A stretch of DNA of 64,000 nt from Trichoplax adhaerens. Its lineage: Eukaryota; Animalia; Placozoa. Shown piece by piece: positions 1 to 13,200 of this stretch (its first letter is position 1; the number at the start of each line of letters is the position of its first letter). The stretch covers positions 4,144,335 to 4,208,334 of the forward strand of contig NW_002060947.1 of NCBI RefSeq assembly GCF_000150275.1. Reading direction: 5' to 3'. The notes below the pieces were generated by a model. The model was given only the letters and a program-made list of their open reading frames with translations, was not told where the DNA came from and made no database searches. The translations under genes and the position numbers were made by a program.

Positions 1-400
1 GCTACAGTGTACAGTCCTACAGTATAATACAGTACTGTACAGTACATCGCGACGCAACTGTACTGTACAGTACGATACGGTACACTGTATAGTACAAATC
101 ATTCTGGGAGTACAGTACAGTATTTCACCCGGTGCTGTACAGTGTATAGTGTACAGTAGTTCTTGTAAATCATTCGGAGTACTGTACAGTACTGTATGAC
201 GAGACTAGCCGGTAAACGGTGAAGAGTACAGTACAGTACGATACGGTACACTGTACAGTACAAATCATTCTGGGAGAACAGTATTTCACCCGGTGCTGTA
301 CTGTACAGTACTGTACAGTGTACAGTGTACAGTAGTTCTTGTAAATCATTCGGAGTACAGTACTGTATGACGAGACTAGCCGGTAAACGGTGCAGTGACA
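1..400. repeat. TACAG/CTGTA-rich low-complexity block containing an imperfect ~170-bp tandem dimer, directly upstream of BLOC1S3
   Basis: The unit ...tacgatacggtacactgta(t/c)agtacaaatcattctgggag...atttcacccggtgctgtac...gttcttgtaaatcattcggagtac...tatgacgagactagccggtaaacggtg occurs at ~61-221 and ~232-392. The copies differ mainly in the number of tacag/ctgta units. Confidence 0.9.
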
Positions 401-488
401 CCACGAAATACTGTAATTTGACCTGATTGTACGCAGTGTCATTGGTGCTGTAGTTGACCGCTGTATCGTTCTGTTGTAGCACTACAAA

Positions 489-3400
489 ATGTCCACCATC
501 GAAATTCAAGGAGAAGGTTCGGAATCTGAAGAAGAAATTGCAATCTCCCAACAACTCCATAGCTGCTCTAATACACAAAGCACTGTCAACCCGATTTCAA
601 GCCATGGAACGATCGTAGCTGGGGAAGCATCGGAATCAGAGGACGATCAATACCCTAACGTTCAGCCAGCCCAAACTGTTCATCCGCAAAAACCCAGGTA
701 CAGTACAAATACAACCTAAATGATTCGTCCTGCTCATTCTTCTACTCTAGTACTGTATTACTGTGCTGTATTTGGGGCTGTAAAGATACCAAGAAGTTAA
801 TCGACACTGCTATTGGACTATTTCATGAGTTTGCATTATATGCATAATTCAACTGTTAGACATTTTATTGATAGTAATGCTAAGTCAAGGCTATCATAAT
901 CCAAGCTAAATGCTACAAGCTATAGACTGTAATCCAGGAATTCGAAATTAATCAATAACGCCAGGGAGGGAGAGACTACTCCCAAGAAATAGGTATAAAT
1001 GGGTACTTTATTCCAATTTTACTAATGAAATATTACTAAGCAATGCTTGAAATTGACTGGCATTGAAATCGAAAGACAACAGGTATACCGTACAATATCG
1101 TAATACGAACTCTTTTACATTTCTTATAAGATCTTCTACCCACCCATTGCCCCCAAAATATTTGTTGTCGTTGTACAATATCACAGTGCGTTGGCAATGA
1201 TCAGTTACGAAATAGAAGTATAGTATACTTCATTCATTGAAATAATGATAGTCATTCTGTAAGTGATCTTACACTATTGTAATAACTGGCAGTGTAAAAT
1301 AATCTCTTGCAGTCAATCTCTAGTTGCTTCCACATAAACTGGACTATTGCAAGATATCAATATGCAAAGGACACCAATTGCGCAACATTATACCCGTACT
1401 GTACATTACAAGTGACAACAAAAAATTGATTACTGCATAAGGTGAATCTACCAAAATTACATAAAAATGGCAACACCAATAAAGCATGAACAGGTGTACA
1501 GTATGTGGTAGACGTGTATGGTGAAAAAGTGCATGAATGGATACAGTAGTTGAATTCTCTTACCATACGTTTAGATCCTACGTGTCTTCTCTGCACCTAT
1601 ATTGAGATATTTGCTGTGGACGTCATAAAACTCGACTGACTGTCAATAGTTGAAACGATCATGAGGCTTATTTAGACCTATCTACTCAAAAATTCTACCT
1701 TTATAAGAAGTTAATGCTATGAAGATAAAATACAATACGCCACAATAGCAATTATATAGGCAAGAGTTTAGACAGACCTCATGAATTCAAGTACATCTAG
1801 ATCACCAAGACCAATTTCCTTTTTTTGGTGAATGAAATCGCTCTTTGAAATCAGTGCATTTTAAATGCACTACAGTATCATTCATTGTACGTAACATACT
1901 CGTACAGTACTGTACTGTACTGTACGGGTACGGCTGTACAGTACTTACCATTGTCTTCAGTACAAAGTATTGTACTCTACAGTACTGTACAACACGGCAC
2001 AGTATTCGTGATTACAGTACCAACGAGTACAGTACTGTACACATCTGCCCAGTAAGAATATGAGCTTTGCCAATGGTAGCCATTTGCATCTTGTCTAATT
2101 CAAGATAGAAGACAATCAGTGAATGGAGATTGGAGATCAAATACTGAGTCAAATTAAGAAGTTAAAATGGATTGTAAATGTATGAGCAGGGGTGCAGTAC
2201 TAGGCACTTTGGAGAAAAATTAAAACTACTTGAAGAGCATTTTACTCATAGTAAAAGTCCTTGACAGTAGTGTACCGGCTTGTAGTCTAAAAAGTACTAC
2301 ATTCATCATTTTCATGTTTAGCATTGACTGTGTACAGTATTGTGTTTGTTTATTTATTAAGAGAAAAAAAAAACAGGAGTATTATACAGCAGTCAACTAA
2401 TAGATCATTTTAGAGTACAGTTCAGCCATGGACTACTCCAGGTAATTCAGTAGTCTATGGTTCAGCTAACTTCAGTATTACAGTATGGACTGATTAGATT
2501 AGAATTATTGATCTGTTTTATTGACATTTTGACGCTGTCTGCCATAGTCTCCATACTCAATGGTCACCCACTGTCTTAATAATAAACTACTAGTCGACGT
2601 ACGATACAATGCTCTGCCCCAAAGACTGATGCATTCTGCACTCGATGGCCGCTCAGTTTTTACAACATTGAGATCAAATCTATAGGCAGCAAACAACAAG
2701 AAACCAACAAGTGGTTTAATGGTTGATCAGAAGAGGTATCTTCTTTTACCTCTAGATAGTACTCAGACCTTTAAAGCTTTAACACTACATTTGTACAACA
2801 TAGTATCCCGCCAGATTGAAATCCTGGATTGTACGCTGAATCAGGAACTTCTTAAAAAGTCCCTGGTTGAACGTAATATGTGGTCAAGTGGTATTCGTTA
2901 CCTAGTATTCTTATGATTACAACTGTGGCGACATCGCATACACTTGCTAGCATGCCTGGGGTAATGATACATTCTTGCTCTAAATAAGTCATCATTAAAT
3001 TCGTCAACATCTCGTATGACTGCCAGTAATCATAGTATTATTTCTGAACAAAATAGAAATAATCACATCTTAAGGAGGTTGTCTTACTACTATACAGTGA
3101 CTTTTGAAAGAACACAGGACGAATTATAGTGTCCTATTCTAGTGGACGTATATCAGAATTCAAACAGAGTATGATGCTATAGGTCATCCAGTTCGAGCCC
3201 TTGGTGGCACATACCGTATATGCTTTATTTATTTAAAAAAATACCTGTTAATTATAATTAACTCTCCATCGACAATAGTATTTTTGCAGACTTATAAAAA
3301 TAGCGACTACACTTGATGCCAAGACAAAGGACTGCAATGCTTACTGTTAATAAATAAATAAAACAACTATAAAAACATAACAATTTTGTTGTATGAACCA

Positions 3401-4708
3401 TATTCTACAGCCAAATATTTCAGTTAACTTAGCTAGAATAGTACAATACGTTGAGACAGTATTGCAAAATTTTTCCTAGTTCTTACGTTAGACATAAAAG
3501 GAAAATCGGCAAAGACAGGATACACGCACATAGCCGTATACCATGTTACAATGTTTGACCCGAGATAAATTAATTTTTAATAACCCAATAGACCGCTAAT
3601 TTACGTACGACCTCTAGTGTTAATCTTAGTGTCATTGATCAATGAGAGTATACGTGCTTGCTTTAATCTTTTACTTAATTATGCATTGCATGAATAAGTA
3701 ATTATCAACTAAAGCTAATCAGATGTTAATTATATTAATTTTAAATGTTGATAAATCGAACTATTTAAAAAATGTGCATAGTAAAGCTAGTTGTCAAATT
3801 GCTCAAGGGTACAGACCTCAGTATAGATTTTAACTTATGACAGGATAAAACCGTATTTGGACTTGTAATCAATATAAAAATATCGTCAGGTAGGATAGTC
3901 ACATCAAAAGTATTTCTTTTATCATCCTTCCATTAGATTAACAGCGGATACTGACCAGCAGTCAAAATCAACAATTTCCAATGATAACACTGTATCCAAT
4001 GAACCGATCTCGCCTGCGTCAGAACTTTCTGAAACTCAATCTACCCAGAAACAAGAAAAGACAGTCCGTTCTGGAGAGAAATACGACACGTATGTATTAC
4101 AAATACTTGTAACTTATTCACTTCTTGTTGTGTGCAATCGGAACTGAGAAGATATGGATACGAGTATGTACTGTATTAGCTTTCTACTGCATATAGTATA
4201 CTATGTTGAATGGGCTATATTTAATTATTAAGCGTTATAATCAATTATTTTATAATAAATTATTGCTATCTCTCTAATCTTTAGGTTACTACACCGTAAA
4301 TTACGTAAGTAGAAGAAAATATAATCTACGATTGTATCTAAATAAAGCAGTAAGAAACGAAGTGAGCTAATATCGATCTGATAAAATATTTATTATTTAG
4401 GCGAAAAAAATTTACAGTTACGAAATGAAATTAACGCCAGAATTACTGATATGTATAGTAACGCAAATTATAAATTAGAAGATACGGTTAATCAAATATG
4501 TAAAACTCAATCAGTTCTACAGGTAATAAAATTTCACTTTATTAATCTCTCTAGAAGTTAAATCTAGTAATATGTTCTACATGTGCTCTTTTCTTCGTGT
4601 TAGGATATATCTCAAACTGTACATACTCTAAAAGATGATGCTGTAAGGGTTAATAACGCCGTGGATATTCAATTCTTTCAAAGCTTTTTGCCGGATGTTA
4701 AAATTTAA
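489..4708 (+). CDS. BLOC1S3: Biogenesis of lysosome-related organelles complex 1 subunit 3 (BLOS3), 5 exons, ~202 aa
   Basis: Exons 489-697, 3937-4089, 4285-4304 (20 nt), 4401-4522, 4604-4708; all GT-AG, phases consistent, 609 nt ending in TAA. The protein has the repeated acidic motif IQGEGSESEEE / IVAGEASESEDD (human: VPGEATETDSE / VAGEAAETDSE), a coiled-coil segment TLLHRKLREKNLQLRNEI and the C-terminus VDIQFFQSFLPDVKI (human LDIVAGCRLLPDIR). Comparison is from memory. Confidence 0.85.
1893..2041. repeat. Short TACAG/CTGTA-rich cluster inside BLOC1S3 intron 1
   Basis: Dense run such as cgtacagtactgtactgtactgtacggg...ctacagtactgtacaac...gtacagtactgtac, same vocabulary as 1-400 and 28585-29540. 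Confidence 0.7.
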
Positions 4709-5362
4709 ATCTTACTACTACGCGCCTGTCATAAGCGAGAATACGAGATCAGGATATATACCATCAATTTAGAGTCCTAACTATAAGTTATGCTGGAACA
4801 AGCTTCAAGAAGGATTCAGTACGACTTCTTGCTATGCGTAATTTTAAATAGATAATTAATTTAAGAGTGTACATATACTGTAATAAGATAGCTTCAATAG
4901 TAAAATTACCTTCTCACTCGATATAAATACTAGTTAGGTGAGGAAGCCATTAATATAGATGATCATTTTGAACCATTAATCTGTACAATCAAGCCATTAT
5001 TGCATTATATACTAGTAGTAGAACATTGCGTTCTGTTGGAACTCTAAAGTGAAGCATACATAGTTTTATTTTAGCTGGCGACTGTAGGTAATACTATAGT
5101 AATCATCATTCTAATGCAAGTTAATGTATAATGTGTACTATTTTTAGCGGCAAGGGTAAGTTATCATTTTTATTCGAATTACTAGCTAAATAAATAAGTT
5201 TTGTTAAAATACAATTGGTAATGTTGCATAACATTATTACAGAATTTAATAAAGATAAATTATAACTTTAACTTATCGCAAAAATTGCATAAGTAATTCT
5301 AAAATGATTCATTTTAATCGTAGATTCCTATAATTTCAAGACATTAGGCTTTTCTAGTTACA

Positions 5363-6526
5363 TTAAACCAATTTTAATAGTAATGTAAAGTATAACACTG
5401 TTTGATAAAATAAAGCAAAGACAAGCAATATCGGAACAAATGTATATAGGCCTATGATTACCATAATTAACATCAGCACTTCTAAAATGAAAATTGTCAA
5501 GGTATTACATGCAAATGCAACATCCTCTTTATTAATGTCGAGATTGTTTTCTGCTATGTAAGCTTTTTGTTCCCTCATTGCCAACGCAGCAGCTGTAGCA
5601 ACGATTGTGAGACTAGCAATTATAGGCAGGATAATAAATAGTACATATAAGCCAGTAGATAAAGTTGGATCGATTGATGTCGATTGATGGTATGTCCAGC
5701 CAATGATACAAACGGGCACACTAGTGATAGCGGTTAAGCCAAGAGATTCAAAGATGTATAATACTACCGTTTTGGCAGCACTATTACCCTGATCATTACT
5801 ATTAACATCGCCTTCATCATAATGCAGCTGAAATCCAAGTAGTCTTAACGAGGTCGCATAACCAATCATTAGCATAAGTACGACCTTTGCTAGCAAATCG
5901 AAATCAAAGCCATAGACCGCTAACAAATTAGAGCATACAGTATTATTACTAATATAATTAACTCGGCATTGGAGGCATCTTAGTCCCATGGGCATATTTT
6001 CTAAATGTCTTAAAGCAATAGTTAAACAAGTCAGTGGAACTGACTGTAATAACATTGGTTGAGGTATTGATATTAAAGCTGCTAATCGAAAGACTTTGGA
6101 ATCGTACAATTGCGATGTGTAAATGATTAATGCCGAGCATCGTATAAATAGGAAAAAATTGACAATCATGGTAATGCTAAAGATAAAAATATATGTTACG
6201 TATACGCCTTCGTATTCATGCAGTAAAATTGAAATGCGATATATGCCACAACATCGAGAGTGACCAGATTGGCTACATGGTGAAGTATTATAAAAATGAC
6301 CATTTGTATCTTCCAATCGATGAAGAAAATTGTTGAAAAGAGTCGATTGAGAAAGAATTCTACCGTTGATAATTGTATCCGTTAAAACCAGACAAATGAA
6401 AAGAAAATTCCACAGCCTAATTTGGTTTTTATACCGCTGAGTATTACTTATTTTGGTCGATAAATCTCTCAAGATTCGAAAAAACTTGCCGCAGCTATTT
6501 TCCACACGATCGACTAAAACTGCCAT
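5363..6526 (-). CDS. Intronless orphan multipass membrane protein, 387 aa, ~7-8 hydrophobic segments
   Basis: Long ATG-to-TAA ORF in very AT-rich DNA. Alternating hydrophobic stretches and two Cys-rich loops (SPCSQSGHSRCCG; RCLQC...VC). A splice-acceptor-like tacag lies a few nt upstream of the ATG, suggesting a 5'UTR intron. No family recognised. Confidence 0.8.
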   Translation of the reverse strand: MAVLVDRVENSCGKFFRILRDLSTKISNTQRYKNQIRLWNFLFICLVLTDTIINGRILSQSTLFNNFLHRLEDTNGHFYNTSPCSQSGHSRCCGIYRISILLHEYEGVYVTYIFIFSITMIVNFFLFIRCSALIIYTSQLYDSKVFRLAALISIPQPMLLQSVPLTCLTIALRHLENMPMGLRCLQCRVNYISNNTVCSNLLAVYGFDFDLLAKVVLMLMIGYATSLRLLGFQLHYDEGDVNSNDQGNSAAKTVVLYIFESLGLTAITSVPVCIIGWTYHQSTSIDPTLSTGLYVLFIILPIIASLTIVATAAALAMREQKAYIAENNLDINKEDVAFACNTLTIFILEVLMLIMVIIGLYTFVPILLVFALFYQTVLYFTLLLKLV

Positions 6527-7584
6527 ATTGGACTGTACACTAGTTAGTACATAACGTTATTTACATTACGCCAGTTTTAGAGTGGGTTTTAATGGCATCC
6601 CTTCAAGATACAATGAATGCAAGTAGAGAAAAGTGATCAGACGAATACTGGTATCTACCCAAATTTTACTTTATCGTAGATCGTAGAAATGGTATTCCAA
6701 GTCATATCTGTGTCCAATATTACAGCCAATACCTCGTACTGTATGATGCATACCTTCAGTACTTGTGGTATGAATCATGAATGGACAAGATTGTATCTAT
6801 ATGTTAATAGATACTACTATGTACATTTACTGGATGATGTTTAGTTTTTGTCAACTCACAGCCCAGGCATCAATATGGTTCTAATTAATTCAATCAATAT
6901 TGCATCGTGTTCATTTTGTTGAAATGATAGAGGTCACAAGAAACCACCTCTACGGTTATAAAACTCGTGTTTGCTGATCACCGTAAATCTACAGTACTGT
7001 ACATCAGATTTACAATGTGAGTGAGCTTGTAGCCATAGAGACCGAGGAAGAAGTAAAGTACCGTCTGGCGTCGATTTTTTCCCCCTCCATTTTTAACTGC
7101 TCTCCATTAGGAGATACCTAATGGAATCGTTCAATGGAGTAAAAACGCCACCCGAACCCGATGAAATGGTTGATCTTCTAACCCGAAATATGTGCAATTG
7201 CTATACAACCACTGTATCACCATGGAAATTCTTCACCCGAATCTCCCCTCGAGTCGAATTCATGTCGCGGTTTCACGTTGACTTTTCTTGACTGATACCT
7301 AGTACTGTCTATGATTGGATTACTCGATGCACCTATTACCTCATAGTACTGATGTTGTATCATGATCAGGGCTATGAATAATAATAATAGCATGTTTTAA
7401 TCCAAAGGATTCGGAGTTTCCTTTGAATAGTACTTCAAAATAATCCAACATTTAGCTTCCAAATGTCATTAAAGACCTACCGAATGCTGCGTTAATTTGA
7501 TAGAATAGTAGAAAGACCCCAAAACGATAGGATAGGGCCTCCAAGTTGTACTCATTCTAGTACGGTACAGTACGCGATGTTATC

Positions 7585-7598
7585 CAATGACGTCATTG
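7585..7598. promoter_or_regulatory. Perfect 14-bp palindrome CAATGACGTCATTG containing a consensus CRE (TGACGTCA)
   Basis: Read directly. Lies ~225 bp upstream of the TM2-gene ATG, between two divergent genes, overlapping a CCAAT. Confidence 0.55.
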
Positions 7599-7821
7599 TT
7601 GTCCAACAGGATTGTACCGTTATAACAAAATAAAATGAAGCATTTGGCAATCGAGTCAAAGCGCTATCCACTGTTCCGCGTATACGTCGCTATTCCATAT
7701 AGATTGACTAGCATGGGGCTCGAGTGAAAATAGACAATATCTCAACACAACGACTGGATAGTGGCAACACCTTTCTTCTTCTCCAAATCCACTATCCAAA
7801 TCGTCCAACATAGCAACAGCA

Positions 7822-10285
7822 ATGATCGATTCTTCAAGTGCCAGTGCTTCAGTCATCATTGGAAATGTTAGCCGTCCAAAAAGTCAAAAATCCGTGGCTG
7901 ATGCCTATTTGTGTGCTTTCCCTCTTGGTTTTTTAGGGTTACATCGATTCTATCTTGGTCAACCACTCTTAGGATTGGCATATTTATTCTCGGGGGGATT
8001 TTTCGGCGTGGGTTGGTTGCACGATATGCTTATGATGCCTAAAATTGTCCAACGAGTCAATCATCGGCTGGCTAATCCTCAAATTAGCAAGGAATTTAGT
8101 TTACTTGAAGCTTACGTACTTTGTTTGAATCCTGGTGGCTTACTTTTTGGATTGCATCAATTTTATCTTGGAAGGTACAGTATACAGCATAGCGCACCAG
8201 TTTTATTGTATTGGCTACTGCCGATACTATTTATACTAGTTTGAACTTTGCATGCCCTTGCGGTCATTAATTAATCTAGCTCTTTAAATTAAAATACCAT
8301 CAACAACAATACAACAGCTGCAGATCATGGTCAATTTTGTTATCATCATTTCGATATCGTGTACTACTCTACTGAGCTACATCATAGTAAACAGGAACAA
8401 GCTATTCGTTCAATTTAAATGACTGATTGAAATCGCTTTATCATCAGATTATACAATATACTGTACTTTAGTCATACTCGTAGACTATTTTACAGTAATA
8501 CATCCAATTCGTATTCATTTTCCTTTTAATGAACAACTTGTTATAGTAGTGCACGCTCAATTTACTGAATCGATTTGTTCTAATCATATTGTTGTCGTAT
8601 AACTTTAGTGTAAACCTATTTTGCTATGCTATGTAAGCGAGCATACACTTACAATTATAAAACATGTAAATCAATGTTTAGAAGTTCAATATGTCCAATA
8701 ATGATGACATCCATGCGAGATAAAACATTCAAAGATGGACGGGAGGGGGTACTTCCATATCATTAATGTAGATGATGAACAGTTACATAGTTATCAATTG
8801 CAATATGCAATAGATCGTAATAGTGGGCCTACTAAAATACGATTAAATGTAGTGCAGGAGTTTATATAATAATACTTTTGCGAATGAACTGGAGTATATC
8901 AAATTACCATTAACTTCTAGAAGTCCATCAAATTACTCACAGTTGATTTATTAAACCTAGAGGAGCTACAATACCTATAATAAATAACCTACTGTATATT
9001 CGTATTGCCTTAGACCGTACGTAGGTAGAAAGCTGATCGCATACATGAGTCAGTTTTTTAGATATTACATCAAATTTTTAACGTATATACTATATGTATT
9101 GCAATCTAGAGCTATAGCCTATAATTAAAGTAGGTCGAAAATAACCATCATTACTTTGGATCAGTACCCAACCTATAAAAAATATATCTGTTACTGTTAC
9201 TTATTCTTTAAAATCTTAAATATTACTGTATAAATTACATCATGTAGGACAGTACCTACAAATGTACGCACAACTTATTGTACTGTATATTTCCATTGCT
9301 ATGCTTACAGTTTACATACATATACGTATACGACTCTATTGTAACTGTTATTATAAAGATCAAAACTGGAAACAGATGCAATATCAAATTAAGTAGTGTT
9401 GAAGGAAGTAATTGTTGTAGATAGCATTACTTATACCCTAACAATTTCTGCTTTCAATTTCATAGGAAAGGATTTGGGACAGCATACTGTTTCACGGCCA
9501 GTTTTGCCACTATAGGATGGTTTTTAGATATCTTCAGAATGCCGCTATTGGTAGCAGATGCTAGGCAACGTGTACACGAATCAGAAGAATCTCCCGTCGC
9601 TGCTATGAAGAAACGACCAAAGAGACTAGACGATGCATATGTTATGTGGGTTTTTGGATTTTTAGGTGTCCATCATTTCTATCTTGGAAATATTGGTTTT
9701 GGTTTTGCTTATTTGTTCACCATAGGGATGGGGGGAGTTGGTTGGCTAGTTGATTTTTTCCGCATGCCTGTGCTGGTCAGAAGAGCTAATACACATCCTC
9801 CAAGTCCTTTCAAGCATCTAGATAGTGCTTACGTCTTAACTTTCCCGTTAGGCTTTCTTGGATTGCAGCACTTTTATCTAGGCAAACCGGGCTTAGGTCT
9901 TACCTACTTATTGACGTTTGGGTTAGTTGGCATTGGATTTTTGGCCGATATTATCCGTATGCCATTCGTGGTCCGCGAAATCAATGAATCAATCGCCGCT
10001 GACCAATTGATTACTGTTACAGTTGACGAAAATACCGAGAACCAAAGCGTTAATTCTAACATAAATTCTCTTCAGGCTACCAATATACCCTATCAATCAC
10101 CGCAACCACCAACTGATTTACCTAATGAACAAGCTAAATCTCTGTTAATTACCGAAACTAGTGCAGATACGATTAACGCTGCAGCTGCTCCGCCACAACA
10201 TCATTTGCCTGAGCCTTATGGCCCACCTCCAGCATATCAATCCATTGTTGATGACAATACTCCCGAAATTCCCCGTAGAAAATAG
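7822..10285 (+). CDS. Protein with four tandem TM2 domains and a Pro-rich C-terminal tail with PPxY, 2 exons, ~390 aa
   Basis: Exons 7822-8174 (GGA AG|gtacag) and 9466-10285 (catag|G AAA GGA) join in frame. Four repeats of AY...G(L/V)(H/Q)(R/Q/H)FYLG...G(W/F)xxD: LHRFYLG, LHQFYLG, VHHFYLG, LQHFYLG. An in-frame stop lies upstream of ATG 7822 and there is no signal peptide. Confidence 0.9.
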
Positions 10286-13200
10286 TACACTTGAATTAGC
10301 ACTAGCAATGTCTGCGAATGAGTTTTTATACAAATCTGATTACGAAAAATAATTCAATATTATACCATAAAAACTTAAAAACTCAGTCAATTAAAGATAA
10401 TTACTCCGTTCTTAAATTAGATTATTAATAAATAATATAAATCCTTTATGTACAGTACAATATTTTGACTTTTTTACTCCTTAAAAAACTTGTAAAGTAA
10501 CATAGAAGGCTATTCTTCTCTTTTACGTTTATCAATCTTTCCAACGTGAAGCTCAATAGCTATATAATACTCGTATACAGTATCATCGTAATATGATAGC
10601 TGGAAATATTAATAATACTGGACAGGCTCGTCTTTCAATGATGATCAAATTGCTTAATGTTAATTCCAAAAATTTAAAAATTCTCAAGTTATGAAATAGG
10701 ACAGACTGACGTTATCTATATAGCGCTATGAAAATTAACATTTAAAGCCTTAGGTATAGAAATAATCTCGATGGCTATGGATTTTGCTAAGTTATCTGAT
10801 TGTAAACCTTACTTCTCAATTGAACTTATAAGATGGACAATTGGACATGGTCTGTCAAAGTTATTCATTAATGTTTTCTGCTATTAATATAAAGTCGCAT
10901 TTCAATTATTAATAAGCATTAAACCTGACTTATGCGAGTATTCGATGCTACAATTTTCTAGTTGAAACACCATTTCATAAATGAGTAATGTAGAATACAG
11001 CGTATTTACGCCAGTTAATTATATCATTCTCATATTTTATGTACTTTGTTCACAGCTAGTAAAAACAGGGTGGAATTAACGATAAAAATTTGTTTCATAA
11101 ATAGCACTATTAATTACGAATTGAACTGCATTAATAAAATACTGTCACTAATAGCAAAACAACACTATGAGACAGGATAGTGATGGCTAATCGTTATAAA
11201 TCAAAAGGCGAATCGCTGATGAATAAACAAAACTTAAGCATGACTCATAATTCCTAATTAAGATAATCACTGTTTGATTGATTGATTAAATATCTTGGCA
11301 GCAAATACTGAAAGGTCTTGTCTAGTTCGTGTGATAACTGGTTTGGTTAATTAGCGAAATGATGATGATTTGTACCGGATAGTAAATAAATAGGGATATT
11401 TGTTAGTAACATTCATCATCTTTTAGTCTACTTTTTATGCAAATTGGTTATGAAATGCAAACATGTCTAGCACCCTCTCTAATAGCAAAAATAGCTAGTC
11501 AATGGGTGTTTCTCTAAAGCTCTAGTTGTTGCATCAACATTATCAATACATCGTCTACCATAAACTTTTACTTTCTTTTTAGGTAGATTTTACTATTGAT
11601 CGATAGACTCTGAAAGGGTTTAAATTAGATTAAGGCATTAACTCATAACAGATAAAAATTCTGGATGATACATTACTAAGGTTATAATGTATCTAGATAA
11701 ATATTCCCTTATGGATATTGACAGAACTTGGACGGAAAAATTAAATGAATTTATCTTATGCTATCAATACGAAGTTATTTTATACTATCTAGAAGGAGTT
11801 ATAACGATCTCTTAAGTGTTCATTTCGACTTCGGAAATAGTTAAATTGTTGTATCATAACTAGGACTTTTAACTGTATACAAATAACTTTAAACCAATAA
11901 AAAAGGAAAACCAAAATCTGTTTGGCTATCTTTTCAACCCATTTTATACGACGACTGATTAGAATTAGTACTTTATTCGATGGAATAGTACCGTAGTAAC
12001 AATACGGCTATAGTAGTACTGTAGTTGTTACAATAGTAATGAGTAATAGAAATTTAATTATTTGTTTATTCATTCATTCCATATCACTATTCTTTTTTCA
12101 AACAATGATAACTTTAACGTTATTCTAGATAAGATTTCTTGAACTTGAGATACTACAGTGATATGTACAAAGTTAATCTCGATATTAAAAATATATGAAA
12201 ATGAAAAATCGATTTAATATTGGAGAGAACGGTGACAAAACATGATTAATATGACAAAATAACCCGTGTTAGTAATAATTCTCTTAAATTCTAGACATTA
12301 ATTTGTGCCTTTAAATTACGCTAAAGTATCGCTTGCTATCAGTTGAAATAAGGAGTAACGAAATGCAATTATCATGGAAGAATAGGATACTTATCAAGTT
12401 GCATAATCGTATTGTACTAAAATCTTTAAACCGTCTGTTTGGATGACAGATAATAGAATATGGCATTATGAATTGATTGATTTGGAACAATTTTTTATTA
12501 ACCTTACAATTACACAGAATATGAACTGTTAACAATCTTATTATTATAAATAGCAAATATAATATTAGGTAACTAATTAGATTGATTGTATCGTATCAGT
12601 GAAAGCAAAGAATTCATTTTCAAATGGTTAAGATAAAGAAAAGCTGTTATTAACAAATAAATCGGATACTTAAAAATTATAATTATTATTGATACATACT
12701 ATTTAATGAATTAAGATTTATTACTGACACAAATAATTGCTTTATCGTTTTCAATTTACAGCGATTATGCTAATAACTTTGAGAATAATATTTATATTAA
12801 CAAAATAATTAGCCAACAAATTTAATTATCTGTTTAGTCGGTTGATCAGCATAACAAAAATTACAGCAATCATCAAGCTCCAATTAAATTTTTTAACCTA
12901 ACTTTTAAGAAGATAACATTAAAATGGAGATCTCAATCTATTGTCATGTACAGTATTTAGCCCACTCTTTTTCCTTTCTGTTCTCTTTTCATGTAACTCT
13001 GCTGTATATATACGCATTCTATAAAAAGATAATATGAACATTGGGGATATCTTCATTTAGTCAACTTGATTACCAAGTGTTATTGTCTCAGCACACCTGT
13101 GTTGGTTACAGAAATCATTTAAAGATATTCTCAATCATTCCCGTTCTTATAGAATACTCTCCTCATCTAACCGTAACCGTAAGTGTTAAAACTAAATACA

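Noticed and set aside
99-578. Minus-strand ORFs of 159 and 90 aa rich in Y/C/T/V
   Set aside because: They are translations of the TACAG/CTGTA repeat, which lacks stops, and the longer one overlaps the real BLOC1S3 start on the other strand.
3180-3212. GTTCGAGCCC resembling a tRNA T-loop/B box
   Set aside because: The flanking bases do not form a T stem, and no acceptor stem, D arm or anticodon arm can be built.
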